A stretch of DNA of 64,000 bases, taken from NCBI GenBank assembly GCA_026004035.1, contig BPII01000009.1, positions 31,304 through 95,303 of the forward strand. Reading direction: 5' to 3'. The translations under genes were made by a program, and so were the position numbers. This DNA is from Candidatus Sericytochromatia bacterium. GTDB taxonomy: Bacteria; Cyanobacteriota; Sericytochromatia; UBA7694; JACMQJ01. Of this stretch, positions 9,406 through 19,198 are shown one piece after another. A model generated the notes under the pieces. That model made no database searches. It was not told the origin of the DNA and was given only the letters and a program-made list of their open reading frames with translations. Every line of letters begins with the position of its first letter. Positions within the stretch are counted from its first letter, which is position 1.

Positions 9406-10641
9406 TTAATTTTCTGAAAGATAATATTTCCATTCTCTTTCTAATCTTGAAAAAGAAACATTTAATTTGTTTGATATATTAGCTAATAAATCTTCTTTTG
9501 TAGATATTTTTTGAGCATTATTTAAAATATTTTGATATGAGTCAATACCATATTTTTCTATTAAGTATTTTGTAAAGCTACCTAATATAATATCAGAATA
9601 AGGATCTTTTTTACCTTTAACTAAATCTAGTAGATTAGATAATTTATTATTTTTATATAGTTCTAAACATTTATTTTTCAATTTATTTGAGTATAAATCT
9701 TTTGAAAACTCTATAAAAGCATTTTTAAAAACTTCTTTTTTATCTAAATTTATATAATTATTAAAAATAAATAGTGAAAACTCTTCTATAAAAGAATCAT
9801 TATTTTTATTATAAACAACATATATTTCTTTTGTTTCATCTTTTTTATAAAAATTTTCGTAATTGATTTTTTCTTCTTTCAAGTCAAAAATATATAACTT
9901 TATCTTATTTCTAGGAATTATATTTGTCTTTTTTATAAAATCTGTAAGATAATTTTCTATCTTGTTGGAGTAATTGTTTATATTGGAAGAAACAAAAGAA
10001 TTTTCTTTAAAATTCAAATTAAAATTCGTTGTTTTAAAAGATTTGAAATCTATATAACTTATATCTTCTTTTTGATAATTAAAATCTAGTTTATCATCAT
10101 AAAACCAACCAGAAATATTTTTTTTAAAGTTACCTTCTCGTATTATTTTAGAGTTATGGTCTATAATAATGTAATCTTTATTACCAAGATTTACTTTCTT
10201 TATAATGTTTTCTAAACCTTTTAAAGTATTTGAATAATATATCAAAACATAAAATTTAGGATTAAAAGGACTAGGATATTTAAACACTATTGCGTTATAT
10301 GGATTATTGTAAAAGGTATTTGCAAAGGTAAAATATTCTTTACTAAATGAAAATGGAAAATTTGTTTTTATATAGTTAGTAAAATTCATAATTTTATTTG
10401 AATTTGAATATCCTATTAAAACTATATTGTAAGAAGATAAAATATCATTTTCTATTTTTTCATCTGAATAAATATTTAAATTTGATTTTATAATATTTTT
10501 TTTTATAAATAATGATAATTCTTCTTGTTTTTTATCTGTTCCAAATATTATTATAGAATTGTTTTTAGATTCTGTATTTGCATAAGAATATATATTTATA
10601 TTTAGCAAAAAAAATAGGCTTAGTAAAATTTTTTTTAACAT
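9406..10641 (-). CDS. hypothetical secreted protein
   Basis: N-terminal signal peptide (MLKKILLSLFFLLNINIYSYA). Directly downstream of the acyltransferase gene in the dapF-acyltransferase operon. No recognisable motif. Confidence 0.55.
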   Translation of the reverse strand: MLKKILLSLFFLLNINIYSYANTESKNNSIIIFGTDKKQEELSLFIKKNIIKSNLNIYSDEKIENDILSSYNIVLIGYSNSNKIMNFTNYIKTNFPFSFSKEYFTFANTFYNNPYNAIVFKYPSPFNPKFYVLIYYSNTLKGLENIIKKVNLGNKDYIIIDHNSKIIREGNFKKNISGWFYDDKLDFNYQKEDISYIDFKSFKTTNFNLNFKENSFVSSNINNYSNKIENYLTDFIKKTNIIPRNKIKLYIFDLKEEKINYENFYKKDETKEIYVVYNKNNDSFIEEFSLFIFNNYINLDKKEVFKNAFIEFSKDLYSNKLKNKCLELYKNNKLSNLLDLVKGKKDPYSDIILGSFTKYLIEKYGIDSYQNILNNAQKISTKEDLLANISNKLNVSFSRLEREWKYYLSEN

Positions 10642-10642
10642 T

Positions 10643-11575
10643 TTATTTTAGTTTCTCCTTTTTTAGTAATTCTAAGTTTAAAGCAATTTCAATAGACTGA
10701 GAAGATAATTTATTAAATCTTTCATAAAACCACAAATATTCATCTGGTTTTTTTTTAATAGTATTTTCTATTATGTTGTATATGTTTTGTAACGTATCTG
10801 TTATAACTCTGTCTTTGTTTTTTGAATAATCAATAAATATAGGTTCATAAAATTTTATTTCATGTTTATTTTTATCAATTCTTTTTATAAATACAGGTAA
10901 TATTGGTACATCTTTTCTATAAGCTAAGTTAACTGATATTTCAGGAGCAGAAACGAATTTATTAAAAAATTCTACAAAATATTTTTCATTTTCGCAATGT
11001 TGATCAATAAGAAAACCTAAACAATTTTTATTATCTAATTTATTAATCATTTTTTTAAAACTACTTATATAGTTATCAGTATATAGTGTTTCTATATTTA
11101 AAGATTTTCTTAATTTGTAGAATAAATTATCAATAAACTTTTCAGATGGTCTTTGTACAAAAACACTTAAGTTTTCTTTTAAGACTATGCTTATATAAGC
11201 TCCTATTAACTCCCAAAAACCATAATGAGCTGATACAAATATAATACCTTTGTTTCTTTCTTTAGCTTTGTAGTAGTTTTCTATATTTTTTATACTTACT
11301 ATTTTCTTAATCTTATCTTCAGTCAATTTCTCAAATTTCACAAAATTAACAATATTTTGAATTAATAGTATAATAGTTCTTTTAGCAATTTTTTTTGAGT
11401 TTATTTCAGACGTTTTTAGAGTATTTTTTATGTTATTTTCAAGAAAATTTTTATATTTAGTAAATTTTGAAATAGTATAGATAAAGTTACAAATTAATTT
11501 AGAGAAAAAAAATGTTAATTTATCAGGAGTTTTTTTTAATAATATAAATAACAAATTAAAAATTTGTTCATACAT
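10643..11575 (-). CDS. lipid A biosynthesis (Kdo)2-lipid IVA acyltransferase family protein (LpxL/HtrB-like)
   Basis: ~310 aa with an N-terminal TM segment and the acyltransferase H-x4-E/D motif (AHYGFWELIG). Start abuts the dapF stop. Confidence 0.7.
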   Translation of the reverse strand: MYEQIFNLLFILLKKTPDKLTFFFSKLICNFIYTISKFTKYKNFLENNIKNTLKTSEINSKKIAKRTIILLIQNIVNFVKFEKLTEDKIKKIVSIKNIENYYKAKERNKGIIFVSAHYGFWELIGAYISIVLKENLSVFVQRPSEKFIDNLFYKLRKSLNIETLYTDNYISSFKKMINKLDNKNCLGFLIDQHCENEKYFVEFFNKFVSAPEISVNLAYRKDVPILPVFIKRIDKNKHEIKFYEPIFIDYSKNKDRVITDTLQNIYNIIENTIKKKPDEYLWFYERFNKLSSQSIEIALNLELLKKEKLK

Positions 11576-12423
11576 TATATATATCCAAAGAATACAAATT
11601 CTGATGGACCAGTCATATAAATATTATCATTCCATTCTATATTTAAAGTACCTCCTGGTAAATGAATATTTGCTTTATTTTCAGTAAAATTATTTAAAAA
11701 ACTAGTTACTAAAGTTGCACAAGCACCTGTTCCACAAGCTAAAGTTTCACCAGCTCCTCTTTCCCAAACTTTTACTTTTATATTTTTATTATCAATTACT
11801 TGAGCGAATTCTACATTTGTTTTTTTAGGAAATAAATTATGTTTTTCTATTTTTGGACCCCAATAATAAAAATCAAATTTATCTAAATCTTTAACAAAAA
11901 TAATGCAGTGTGGATTACCCATAGAAACTGCATTTATTGTAAATTCTTTATTTTCAAATAAGTATTTTTCAGATATTACTTTATCTTTAAAGTTATTTAT
12001 AGGTATTTTTTCAGGTTCTAAAATAGGTTTTCCCATATTTACTTTTATAAATGAAACATTTTTTTCATATTTTACAAAATGAGGTTTTATTATACCTGCT
12101 AAAGTCTCTATTTCTAAATAATCTTTATTAGTTTTACCTGTTAATCTCAAATAATGTGCAAAACATCTTATACCATTTCCGCACATTTCAGACTCGCTTC
12201 CATCAGAATTAATTATCCTCATTTTAAAGTCGCAATGTTCTGTTGGATAAGATATTATAAGACCATCAGCACCTATTCCAAAATTTCTATTACAGATTTT
12301 TTTAGAAAAAGCTTGAATATCTATATTCTCAAGATGATTATAATCTATAATTATAAAATCATTACCACAACCATGCATTTTTATAAAAGGTATTTTATTT
12401 ATTTCAAAATCACTTAAATTCAT
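11575..12423 (-). CDS. dapF: diaminopimelate epimerase
   Basis: Two catalytic Cys motifs (MCGNGIRCFA, ACGTGACA) and an N-terminal MHGCGNDFIIID. Confidence 0.9.
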   Translation of the reverse strand: MNLSDFEINKIPFIKMHGCGNDFIIIDYNHLENIDIQAFSKKICNRNFGIGADGLIISYPTEHCDFKMRIINSDGSESEMCGNGIRCFAHYLRLTGKTNKDYLEIETLAGIIKPHFVKYEKNVSFIKVNMGKPILEPEKIPINNFKDKVISEKYLFENKEFTINAVSMGNPHCIIFVKDLDKFDFYYWGPKIEKHNLFPKKTNVEFAQVIDNKNIKVKVWERGAGETLACGTGACATLVTSFLNNFTENKANIHLPGGTLNIEWNDNIYMTGPSEFVFFGYI

Positions 12424-12517
12424 AATAATTAGCTAAAACATAATTAGTATAATATTTTAATATAAAAATCTTGATAAAAAGTAAATTTTTATTTTTATTT
12501 GAATAATACAATGGATT

Positions 12518-13399
12518 TTAAAAATACTTATTTTTTAAGTTTATTAATTTATCAAGTATTAAAGCACCTTTAGCTAATACTCTTGCTGATGTTCCACCAA
12601 AAGTGTCAGAATCATTAGGAACCTTTATACTTGAAGCTGGTAAAATGTTCCCATCAGGAGTTTTAACAGTTCCACTTTTTGGAGATATTACAACTATGAG
12701 ATTTTTATAGCCACTACTTATTGTCATTGGTTTATTAATTAAAGGTAAACTATCTGTTCCTACATTTATTTGTTCCCATTCTTTTTTAAAATAATCTATA
12801 TCTTGATTGTAAGAATAACCACCTGAAGGATCAGATATTTTGAGTTTATTCACATTTCCTTTTTCATCTCTTTCATATCCATTTATGACTATCCAATGCA
12901 AACCTGTATCATATTTATTAGATCCTGGATCTATAAGAGCCATTACAGGTAAGCCTTTATCTATATAATTGGTAATGTCTTCTATACTAGAATTATTTTT
13001 CATTCCTGCTTTCATACCTTTACTTTTAGCATAACTTACTATATCACCTGGAGTAGTAAAAAAATCAAATTTTGTTGATCTTATAGATTTATCTATTTCC
13101 CAATGATCCTTAACATTAACACCGTGATATTTCAATACACTAGCTAAAGATGTTGTACCACAAGAATTTGTGTTACCTTGATCATCTATTTTAAAATTTA
13201 TTTCTTTTTTAACAGAATTTTTATTATCTTCAACAAAAGAGTATTTATGAAATTTTTGATTTGATATTGCACTATTTAAAAAATAATCAGTTTGCTTTAA
13301 TTGATTTACAGATATTTTATCTGTATTTTTCACTAACTTTCTATCTTTATCTAAATTTATAAAATTAAAATTAAATAAATTATTTTTATTTTCTATCAT
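12518..13399 (-). CDS. papain-fold cysteine peptidase, C39-like domain protein
   Basis: NSCGTTSLASVLKYHG (catalytic Cys context) and GLHWIVINGY (His context). No signal peptide and no fused ABC transporter. Confidence 0.5.
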   Translation of the reverse strand: MIENKNNLFNFNFINLDKDRKLVKNTDKISVNQLKQTDYFLNSAISNQKFHKYSFVEDNKNSVKKEINFKIDDQGNTNSCGTTSLASVLKYHGVNVKDHWEIDKSIRSTKFDFFTTPGDIVSYAKSKGMKAGMKNNSSIEDITNYIDKGLPVMALIDPGSNKYDTGLHWIVINGYERDEKGNVNKLKISDPSGGYSYNQDIDYFKKEWEQINVGTDSLPLINKPMTISSGYKNLIVVISPKSGTVKTPDGNILPASSIKVPNDSDTFGGTSARVLAKGALILDKLINLKNKYF

Positions 13400-13598
13400 A
13401 TTCTTATTGATAGATAATAATTTATACTTCTTGTTATTTTAATGGTTAAATTAAGTATAATTTTAAGTAAAGATAATTAATATTAAAATTTACTTTTTGA
13501 GAAAATACAAACTATAAAAGTTTGAACATAAAATAATTAAATTTTACATTTTTTGCATTAATATAAAAATATCAAATTTATTTTTTAAGGAGGAATTT

Positions 13599-13874
13599 AT
13601 GAAAAAACTATCTGAAGAAGAAATAAGAAAATATTTAAAATCTCTTGAAGGTTGGGAATATAAAAATAATTTTATAGAAAAAAATTTTGTCTTTAATGAT
13701 TTTAAAGAAGCAATGTTTTTTATAAATGCTGTTGCTTTCTTTGCTGAAAAAGAAAATCATCATCCTGACATTAATATTGTATATAACAAAGTAAGGTTAA
13801 TATTAAACACTCATACAGAAAATAATGTAACTATGAAAGACATTAATTTAGCAAAAATTATTAATAATATTTGA
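13599..13874 (+). CDS. phhB: pterin-4a-carbinolamine dehydratase
   Basis: 91 aa with LEGWEY...FVFNDFKEAMFFINAVAFFAEKENHHPD. GGAGG ribosome-binding site upstream. Confidence 0.85.
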   Translation: MKKLSEEEIRKYLKSLEGWEYKNNFIEKNFVFNDFKEAMFFINAVAFFAEKENHHPDINIVYNKVRLILNTHTENNVTMKDINLAKIINNI

Positions 13875-13935
13875 TTTTTTTTATATTTTTCTGTATAATA
13901 CTTTAACTTTAAATCTTAATATTTTAGGTGGAATA

Positions 13936-15426
13936 ATGAAAAAAAATAAATTTCTTTCTACTTTTTTGATTTCTTTATTTATATTACCTATTTTTTATGA
14001 AAGGGCTGAAGCAAAATCAAGAATTATAGACCTTAGAGATGTTAGAACTGATCATTGGGCTTATAATGCTATTAAGGAATTAGTAGAAAAATATGATGTG
14101 ATGTCAGGTTTCCCTGATGGAACATTTAAAGGAGCTAGAACTTTTACAAGGTATGAAGCAGCAGCAGCTCTTTATAAAGTAATGCTAAAAGTAGAAGAAA
14201 TGACAGCTGGAATGTCTGTGTCAAATATTCCTAATCAAGATTTATTAATGCTAAAGTCTTTGTCTGAAGAATTTAAAAGAGAGTTGGAAGCATTAAAGTC
14301 ATCTGATAAAGAACAAAATGATAAAATAAAATCATTAGAGGATGAATTAGTAAAACTAAAAGAAGAAATAGGAATTCTTAAATTTGGTGGTGATTTTTCA
14401 GCTGGATTTGATGATACATTAGAAGATAATTTTAGACCTGGTTATTGGACTAGTTATACTTTTGATATGAAAGCTAATGTTATGGAAAATGGTTATGTTA
14501 AGGCTAGATTTTCAGGAAACTTTAGTAGTGAAGTAAAACCACAAGACAATAATGGACAAACTTCTAATAAAGATGTTGAAGAGTCGTCTTTAGGATTTGG
14601 TACTGCATGGTTTAATTATTCTCCTAAAGGTGTTTTGTTTAATCCAAAAGTAAGATTTGGATATATGAGTTTAGGTAATTTAATTTCTTCAAGCACAGGA
14701 ATTTCACATTCGTTCCCTGGTTCAACAGCTCTTGCTAATCCAAATTTAAATAGTGGTGCTAAAAAAAGAGGTATAAGAATACCAACAACTGTATCAGGTG
14801 GAGTTGAATTTGGTTCTGGTGGTCCATTTAGCTTAACTTTAGCAGCAACTCCAAATACATTTGCAACTCAAGCAAAACTAGATTTTGGAGCTTTTAAAAT
14901 GAAACTTGTTGCTGATGCTGACCAAACAATGTTCATTGGTGAATTAGTTCAAGATCCTATGCATAATGAAGCAATAGTTATAGATATAGGAGGAGATAAT
15001 TTTGGAATATCTACACAAGCTAATTTCAGAGGTATAGCTAATGATTGGCAATGGCGTGCTGCTTCTGGACTTTTGTATATGAATTTATGGAATTTTAAAT
15101 TAGGTGGAGTAGCTAAGTTTGAAAATGAATCAAATCAACAATTAATAGTAGGTGGCTATATAAGGACACCTGATAAAGCTGGAGATAAAGATATACCTAG
15201 CTTATTAGTAGCTTTACAAGAACCTTTAACAATACTAAATGGAAGTATATATGAAGGTTCTAATATAGGTGATAAAGCAGGTCTATATGTTGAATTAAGT
15301 TGGGAAAATCCATTTTTACCTGGTTTAACAATATATTTTGATCAAAAATCTAATATATTATTTAGTGATGATCCAAAAGATATAATAGCTAATACTTATG
15401 GTCTTAGCACATATATGTCATTTTAA
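13936..15426 (+). CDS. outer-membrane porin with N-terminal SLH domain, coiled-coil linker and OprB-like beta-barrel
   Basis: Signal peptide. SLH motif (DVRTDHWAYNAIKELVEKYDVMSGFPDGTFKGARTFTRYEAAAAL). Coiled coil (LKSSDKEQNDKIKSLEDELVKLKEE). Aromatic-rich beta-strand region ending in ...YMSF. Confidence 0.8.
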   Translation: MKKNKFLSTFLISLFILPIFYERAEAKSRIIDLRDVRTDHWAYNAIKELVEKYDVMSGFPDGTFKGARTFTRYEAAAALYKVMLKVEEMTAGMSVSNIPNQDLLMLKSLSEEFKRELEALKSSDKEQNDKIKSLEDELVKLKEEIGILKFGGDFSAGFDDTLEDNFRPGYWTSYTFDMKANVMENGYVKARFSGNFSSEVKPQDNNGQTSNKDVEESSLGFGTAWFNYSPKGVLFNPKVRFGYMSLGNLISSSTGISHSFPGSTALANPNLNSGAKKRGIRIPTTVSGGVEFGSGGPFSLTLAATPNTFATQAKLDFGAFKMKLVADADQTMFIGELVQDPMHNEAIVIDIGGDNFGISTQANFRGIANDWQWRAASGLLYMNLWNFKLGGVAKFENESNQQLIVGGYIRTPDKAGDKDIPSLLVALQEPLTILNGSIYEGSNIGDKAGLYVELSWENPFLPGLTIYFDQKSNILFSDDPKDIIANTYGLSTYMSF

Positions 15427-15475
15427 TAACAAAAATTTCTCTTAATTCTTTTATTTCACAAAACTAAGCTTTTTT

Positions 15476-16843
15476 ATGAATATCAAAAATAAAGATATTA
15501 TTAACATTAAAATAGAAAATCTTGCTTTAGGTGGTGAAGGAATAGGAAAATACAATGATTTAGTTATTTTTGTTCCAAATTCTCTTCCTGAAGATATTTT
15601 GAAAATTGAAATAATATCTGTAAAAAAAAATTATGCTAGAGGATTAATAAAAGAAATAATATCTCCTTCTTCTAAAAGAGTAAATGCTAAATGTAATGTA
15701 GTAAATTATTGCGGTGGATGTCAATGGATGAATCTTGATTATCTAGAACAATTAAAGCAGAAAGAAAAGATAGTGATAGATACTATTAATAAAATAGGAA
15801 ATATTACTTTAGAAAAAATAAAAAATGTATATAAAGGTATTATTCCAAGTAAAAATAATTATTTTTATAGAAATAAAGTTCAAATACCTTTTAAATTTGA
15901 AAATAATAGAATAAAAGCAGGTTTTTATTCATTAAAAAGTCATGAAATTGTAGAATTTGAGAAATGTTATATACAATCAGAGTTAATAAATTCAATTTTT
16001 AAAGATATAAAAAAATTTATTGTAAAAAATAATTTAAATATTTATGATGAAAAAACTAATAAAGGCTTTTTAAGACATGTTATTATAAGACACTCATTAT
16101 ATACCAACCAAGTTTTAATAGGTTTTGTTACCAAAAAAGGAGAATTTCATAATATAAAAGATTTTATTTCTGAAATAACAAAAAAATATTCCGAAGTAAA
16201 AGGAATAATTCAAAATATAAATGATAATAAAGGAAATACAATACTAGGAAAAGAAGATAAATTACTTTGGGGACAAAACTATATTATAGAGAGATTTAAA
16301 GACTTACAATACAAAATTTCATTAAAATCTTTTTTTCAAATAAATTCAGAGCAAGCTGTAGTACTTTACGATAAAATAAAAGAGTTTTGTAATTTAACAG
16401 GTAAAGAAATTATATTTGATGCATATAGTGGAACAGGTAGTATTGGATTATACCTTGCAAATCAAAGTAAATATGTTATTGGTGTAGAAAGTATAAAAGA
16501 CGCTGTATTAGATGGTATAGAAAATGCAAAACTAAATAATATTAATAATTTTATCATTTTAAATGATAAAGTAGAAAATTGTTTTGATAGAATTGTTAAA
16601 AAATATAATCCTGATATATTGATATTAGACCCTCCTAGAAAAGGTTGTGATAAGTCTATATTTGATAATATAGATAAATATAATATAAAAAAAATTATAT
16701 ATGTTTCTTGCAATCCTGCAACATTAGCAAGAGATTTAAGATTAATTATAGGTAAAAATTTTGAAATAAAAAAGTTATTATCAATAGATATGTTTTCTCA
16801 TACGTATCATATAGAAAACATAGCATTATTTGAAAAATTTTAA
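15476..16843 (+). CDS. rlmD: 23S rRNA (uracil-5-)-methyltransferase, RumA/RlmD family
   Basis: N-terminal TRAM-like domain, Fe-S Cys cluster (CNVVNYCGGCQWMNL...C), SAM motifs DAYSGTGSIG and DPPRKG, catalytic YVSCNPATLARD. Confidence 0.85.
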   Translation: MNIKNKDIINIKIENLALGGEGIGKYNDLVIFVPNSLPEDILKIEIISVKKNYARGLIKEIISPSSKRVNAKCNVVNYCGGCQWMNLDYLEQLKQKEKIVIDTINKIGNITLEKIKNVYKGIIPSKNNYFYRNKVQIPFKFENNRIKAGFYSLKSHEIVEFEKCYIQSELINSIFKDIKKFIVKNNLNIYDEKTNKGFLRHVIIRHSLYTNQVLIGFVTKKGEFHNIKDFISEITKKYSEVKGIIQNINDNKGNTILGKEDKLLWGQNYIIERFKDLQYKISLKSFFQINSEQAVVLYDKIKEFCNLTGKEIIFDAYSGTGSIGLYLANQSKYVIGVESIKDAVLDGIENAKLNNINNFIILNDKVENCFDRIVKKYNPDILILDPPRKGCDKSIFDNIDKYNIKKIIYVSCNPATLARDLRLIIGKNFEIKKLLSIDMFSHTYHIENIALFEKF

Positions 16844-17823
16844 ATCTTAGGTAGTTCTCCTGTAAGTGTATTTAAAAATGCTTCTATACTAGCTATTTCT
16901 TTATCAGTTAAATTAAGTCCTAATTGAGTTTTACCCATAGTTTTTATTGCTGTTTTCAAATCTTTTACTTTTCCATCATGAAAATATGGATACGTTTTTG
17001 CTACATTCCTTAAGGAAGGAACTTTAAACACAAATTTATCAGCTTCATTTTTTGTAACCTCAAATCTTCCTAAATCTTTTTGATACTGATATGGATTTAT
17101 TAAACCAAATTTTTGAAACATTTGACCACCAATAGCAACACCATTATGACAAGAAATACAACCTTTACTTATAAATGTTCTTAGTCCTTCTTTTTCTTTA
17201 TCATTTAAAGCTTTTGTATCACCTTTTAAATATTTATCAAATTTAGATGGCGTAACCAATGTCCTTTCAAAAGCTGCTATTGCTTTTGTAATATTTTTAT
17301 AAGTAATAGGTTCCTTTTCTCCTTTAAAAGCAAGTTTAAAGTCATTCACATAGTTAGGATCACTTTTTAATCTTTTCAAAACTTCAGCTTCACTTGGCAT
17401 TGCCATTTCAACAGGATTTAATATAGGTCCTCCTGCTTGCTCCTCTAAACTTTTAGCTCTTCCATCCCAAAATTGTGAAAAATGTAATCCAGCATTATAA
17501 ACTGTAGGTGCATTCCTATTTCCTTTTTTTCCGTTTACTCCTGTTGAAACAGGTTGATTATCAACTCCAAATTTATTTAATAAATGACAAGAATTACAAC
17601 TTATTGTATTGTCAATAGATAATCTTTTCTCAAAATATAACTTTTTACCTAATTTAACTTTTTCAGGTGTTGATTGATTATCAGCTGGTGAGGTTATTTT
17701 GTCAGGTAAAGGTGAAAATATGGCTTTAGCTTGATTTAATAAGTCTAAATCAGATTGTGCTAATGCAATACTTCCTAAAGCAATTGTAGAAAGAGCTATT
17801 ATCAAACTAAAAGCTTTTTTCAT
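16840..17823 (-). CDS. di-haem cytochrome c peroxidase (CCP/MauG family)
   Basis: Two CxxCH sites (CNSCH, CISCH) and a signal peptide. I place the start at Met14 of the ORF (17823) because AAGGGGG precedes it. The ORF extension to 17862 would overlap dps. Confidence 0.85.
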   Translation of the reverse strand: MKKAFSLIIALSTIALGSIALAQSDLDLLNQAKAIFSPLPDKITSPADNQSTPEKVKLGKKLYFEKRLSIDNTISCNSCHLLNKFGVDNQPVSTGVNGKKGNRNAPTVYNAGLHFSQFWDGRAKSLEEQAGGPILNPVEMAMPSEAEVLKRLKSDPNYVNDFKLAFKGEKEPITYKNITKAIAAFERTLVTPSKFDKYLKGDTKALNDKEKEGLRTFISKGCISCHNGVAIGGQMFQKFGLINPYQYQKDLGRFEVTKNEADKFVFKVPSLRNVAKTYPYFHDGKVKDLKTAIKTMGKTQLGLNLTDKEIASIEAFLNTLTGELPKI

Positions 17824-17834
17824 TTTAACCCCCT

Positions 17835-18305
17835 TTAACCTAAATAAGCTGAATACATCCAAACTAATTTCTCTTGCTGTCTTATGTAATCACTCATTAA
17901 GCTAGTAGTTCCTTCATCATTACTCTCTTGAGATAAAGATAAAATATCTCTTTGTTTTGATAAAATTATTTTAAATGAATCTAAAATATTTCTAACACAT
18001 TCCAAGCCATCAGTTAGATCTTTTACTTCTTTTATTTCTGATTTGCTTATATAATCAGAAAAAGAATGTAAAGGAATTGAACCTAAAGTTAAAACTCTTT
18101 CAGCTAATTCATCTACTTTTAATAATAAATCATTGTATAATTCTTCAAATTTCAAATGCAATTCAAAAAAATTGTTTCCTCTAACATTCCAATGAAAACC
18201 TCTAACATTCATGTAAAATACTTGATAATTTGATAGTAAATCATTTAATTTATTTGATAATTCTATTGATTTGCTACTATCTAGACCGATTGAATTTGTG
18301 CTCAT
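17835..18305 (-). CDS. dps: Dps (DNA starvation/stationary-phase protection, ferritin-like)
   Basis: FYMNVRGFHWNVRGNNFFELHLKFEELY...DELAERV ferroxidase-site context, 156 aa. Confidence 0.9.
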   Translation of the reverse strand: MSTNSIGLDSSKSIELSNKLNDLLSNYQVFYMNVRGFHWNVRGNNFFELHLKFEELYNDLLLKVDELAERVLTLGSIPLHSFSDYISKSEIKEVKDLTDGLECVRNILDSFKIILSKQRDILSLSQESNDEGTTSLMSDYIRQQEKLVWMYSAYLG

Positions 18306-18328
18306 ATTATTTACTCCTGTAAAACATA

Positions 18329-19150
18329 TTAATAGTTATTATAGCATATATGGTATTTAATTGTATTCTCTAATTTATCATCTATATTATTTTCAATATA
18401 ATAGACTGGTTTAGATACTATTATTTTTCTATCTTTATGTCTTTTATTATAATTTATTTTTGCATTACTTCCTATTAAATTATAGATTTTATTTGCTATA
18501 TCAATTAATTTATAGCCTTTTCCTGTTCCTATTTCTACAGTTCCTAATTTATTCTCTTTTAAAACTTTATATATTATAAAAACTAAATCATCTATATATA
18601 TATAATCAATAATGTTCTCTGGTTCTTTTAAATAAAAATCTTTATTTTTTAATCCCGAGTTTATAATAGAAGGTATAAGTTTCTCTTTTTTATCTCCTGG
18701 ACCAAAAGGAAAAAATATTTTAAGCCATGTGATATCAATATTTTTAGAAAAACAATAATCTTTTAAATTAGCTTTAGTTTTTGAATATAAAGTTTCCTTA
18801 AAGTAGTCTTCAGCACATGAACCAGCTACTAAAAGTTTTTTACCATTATTTTTTATAAATAAATCTATTAATTTTTTACTTATAGATAACCATTTAAGAT
18901 TACCTTGGGAATTTAAGTAAGTTTTATTATCCGTTATCCAAGCAAGATGAATTAGTATTTCAGGTTTTTCTTCTTTTATTAAATTTTCTAATAATAAAAA
19001 ATTATTCAAATCTAATTTAATTTGATATAAATTAGTTTTTTCTTCAATTTTATTTTTATTTACAATAGCTATAACCTTGTAATTATCAAGATATTTTATT
19101 AGATTTTTTCCTATAAAACCACTTGCACCTGTTAATAATAGTTTTTTCAT
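18329..19150 (-). CDS. NAD-dependent epimerase/dehydratase family protein
   Basis: Rossmann motif LLTGASGFIGKNL and YSKTK (Y-x3-K). Confidence 0.7.
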   Translation of the reverse strand: MKKLLLTGASGFIGKNLIKYLDNYKVIAIVNKNKIEEKTNLYQIKLDLNNFLLLENLIKEEKPEILIHLAWITDNKTYLNSQGNLKWLSISKKLIDLFIKNNGKKLLVAGSCAEDYFKETLYSKTKANLKDYCFSKNIDITWLKIFFPFGPGDKKEKLIPSIINSGLKNKDFYLKEPENIIDYIYIDDLVFIIYKVLKENKLGTVEIGTGKGYKLIDIANKIYNLIGSNAKINYNKRHKDRKIIVSKPVYYIENNIDDKLENTIKYHICYNNY

Positions 19151-19198
19151 TGTAAATATTTTTTTAAAATTTTATATTTTGAATTATAATTCAATTCT

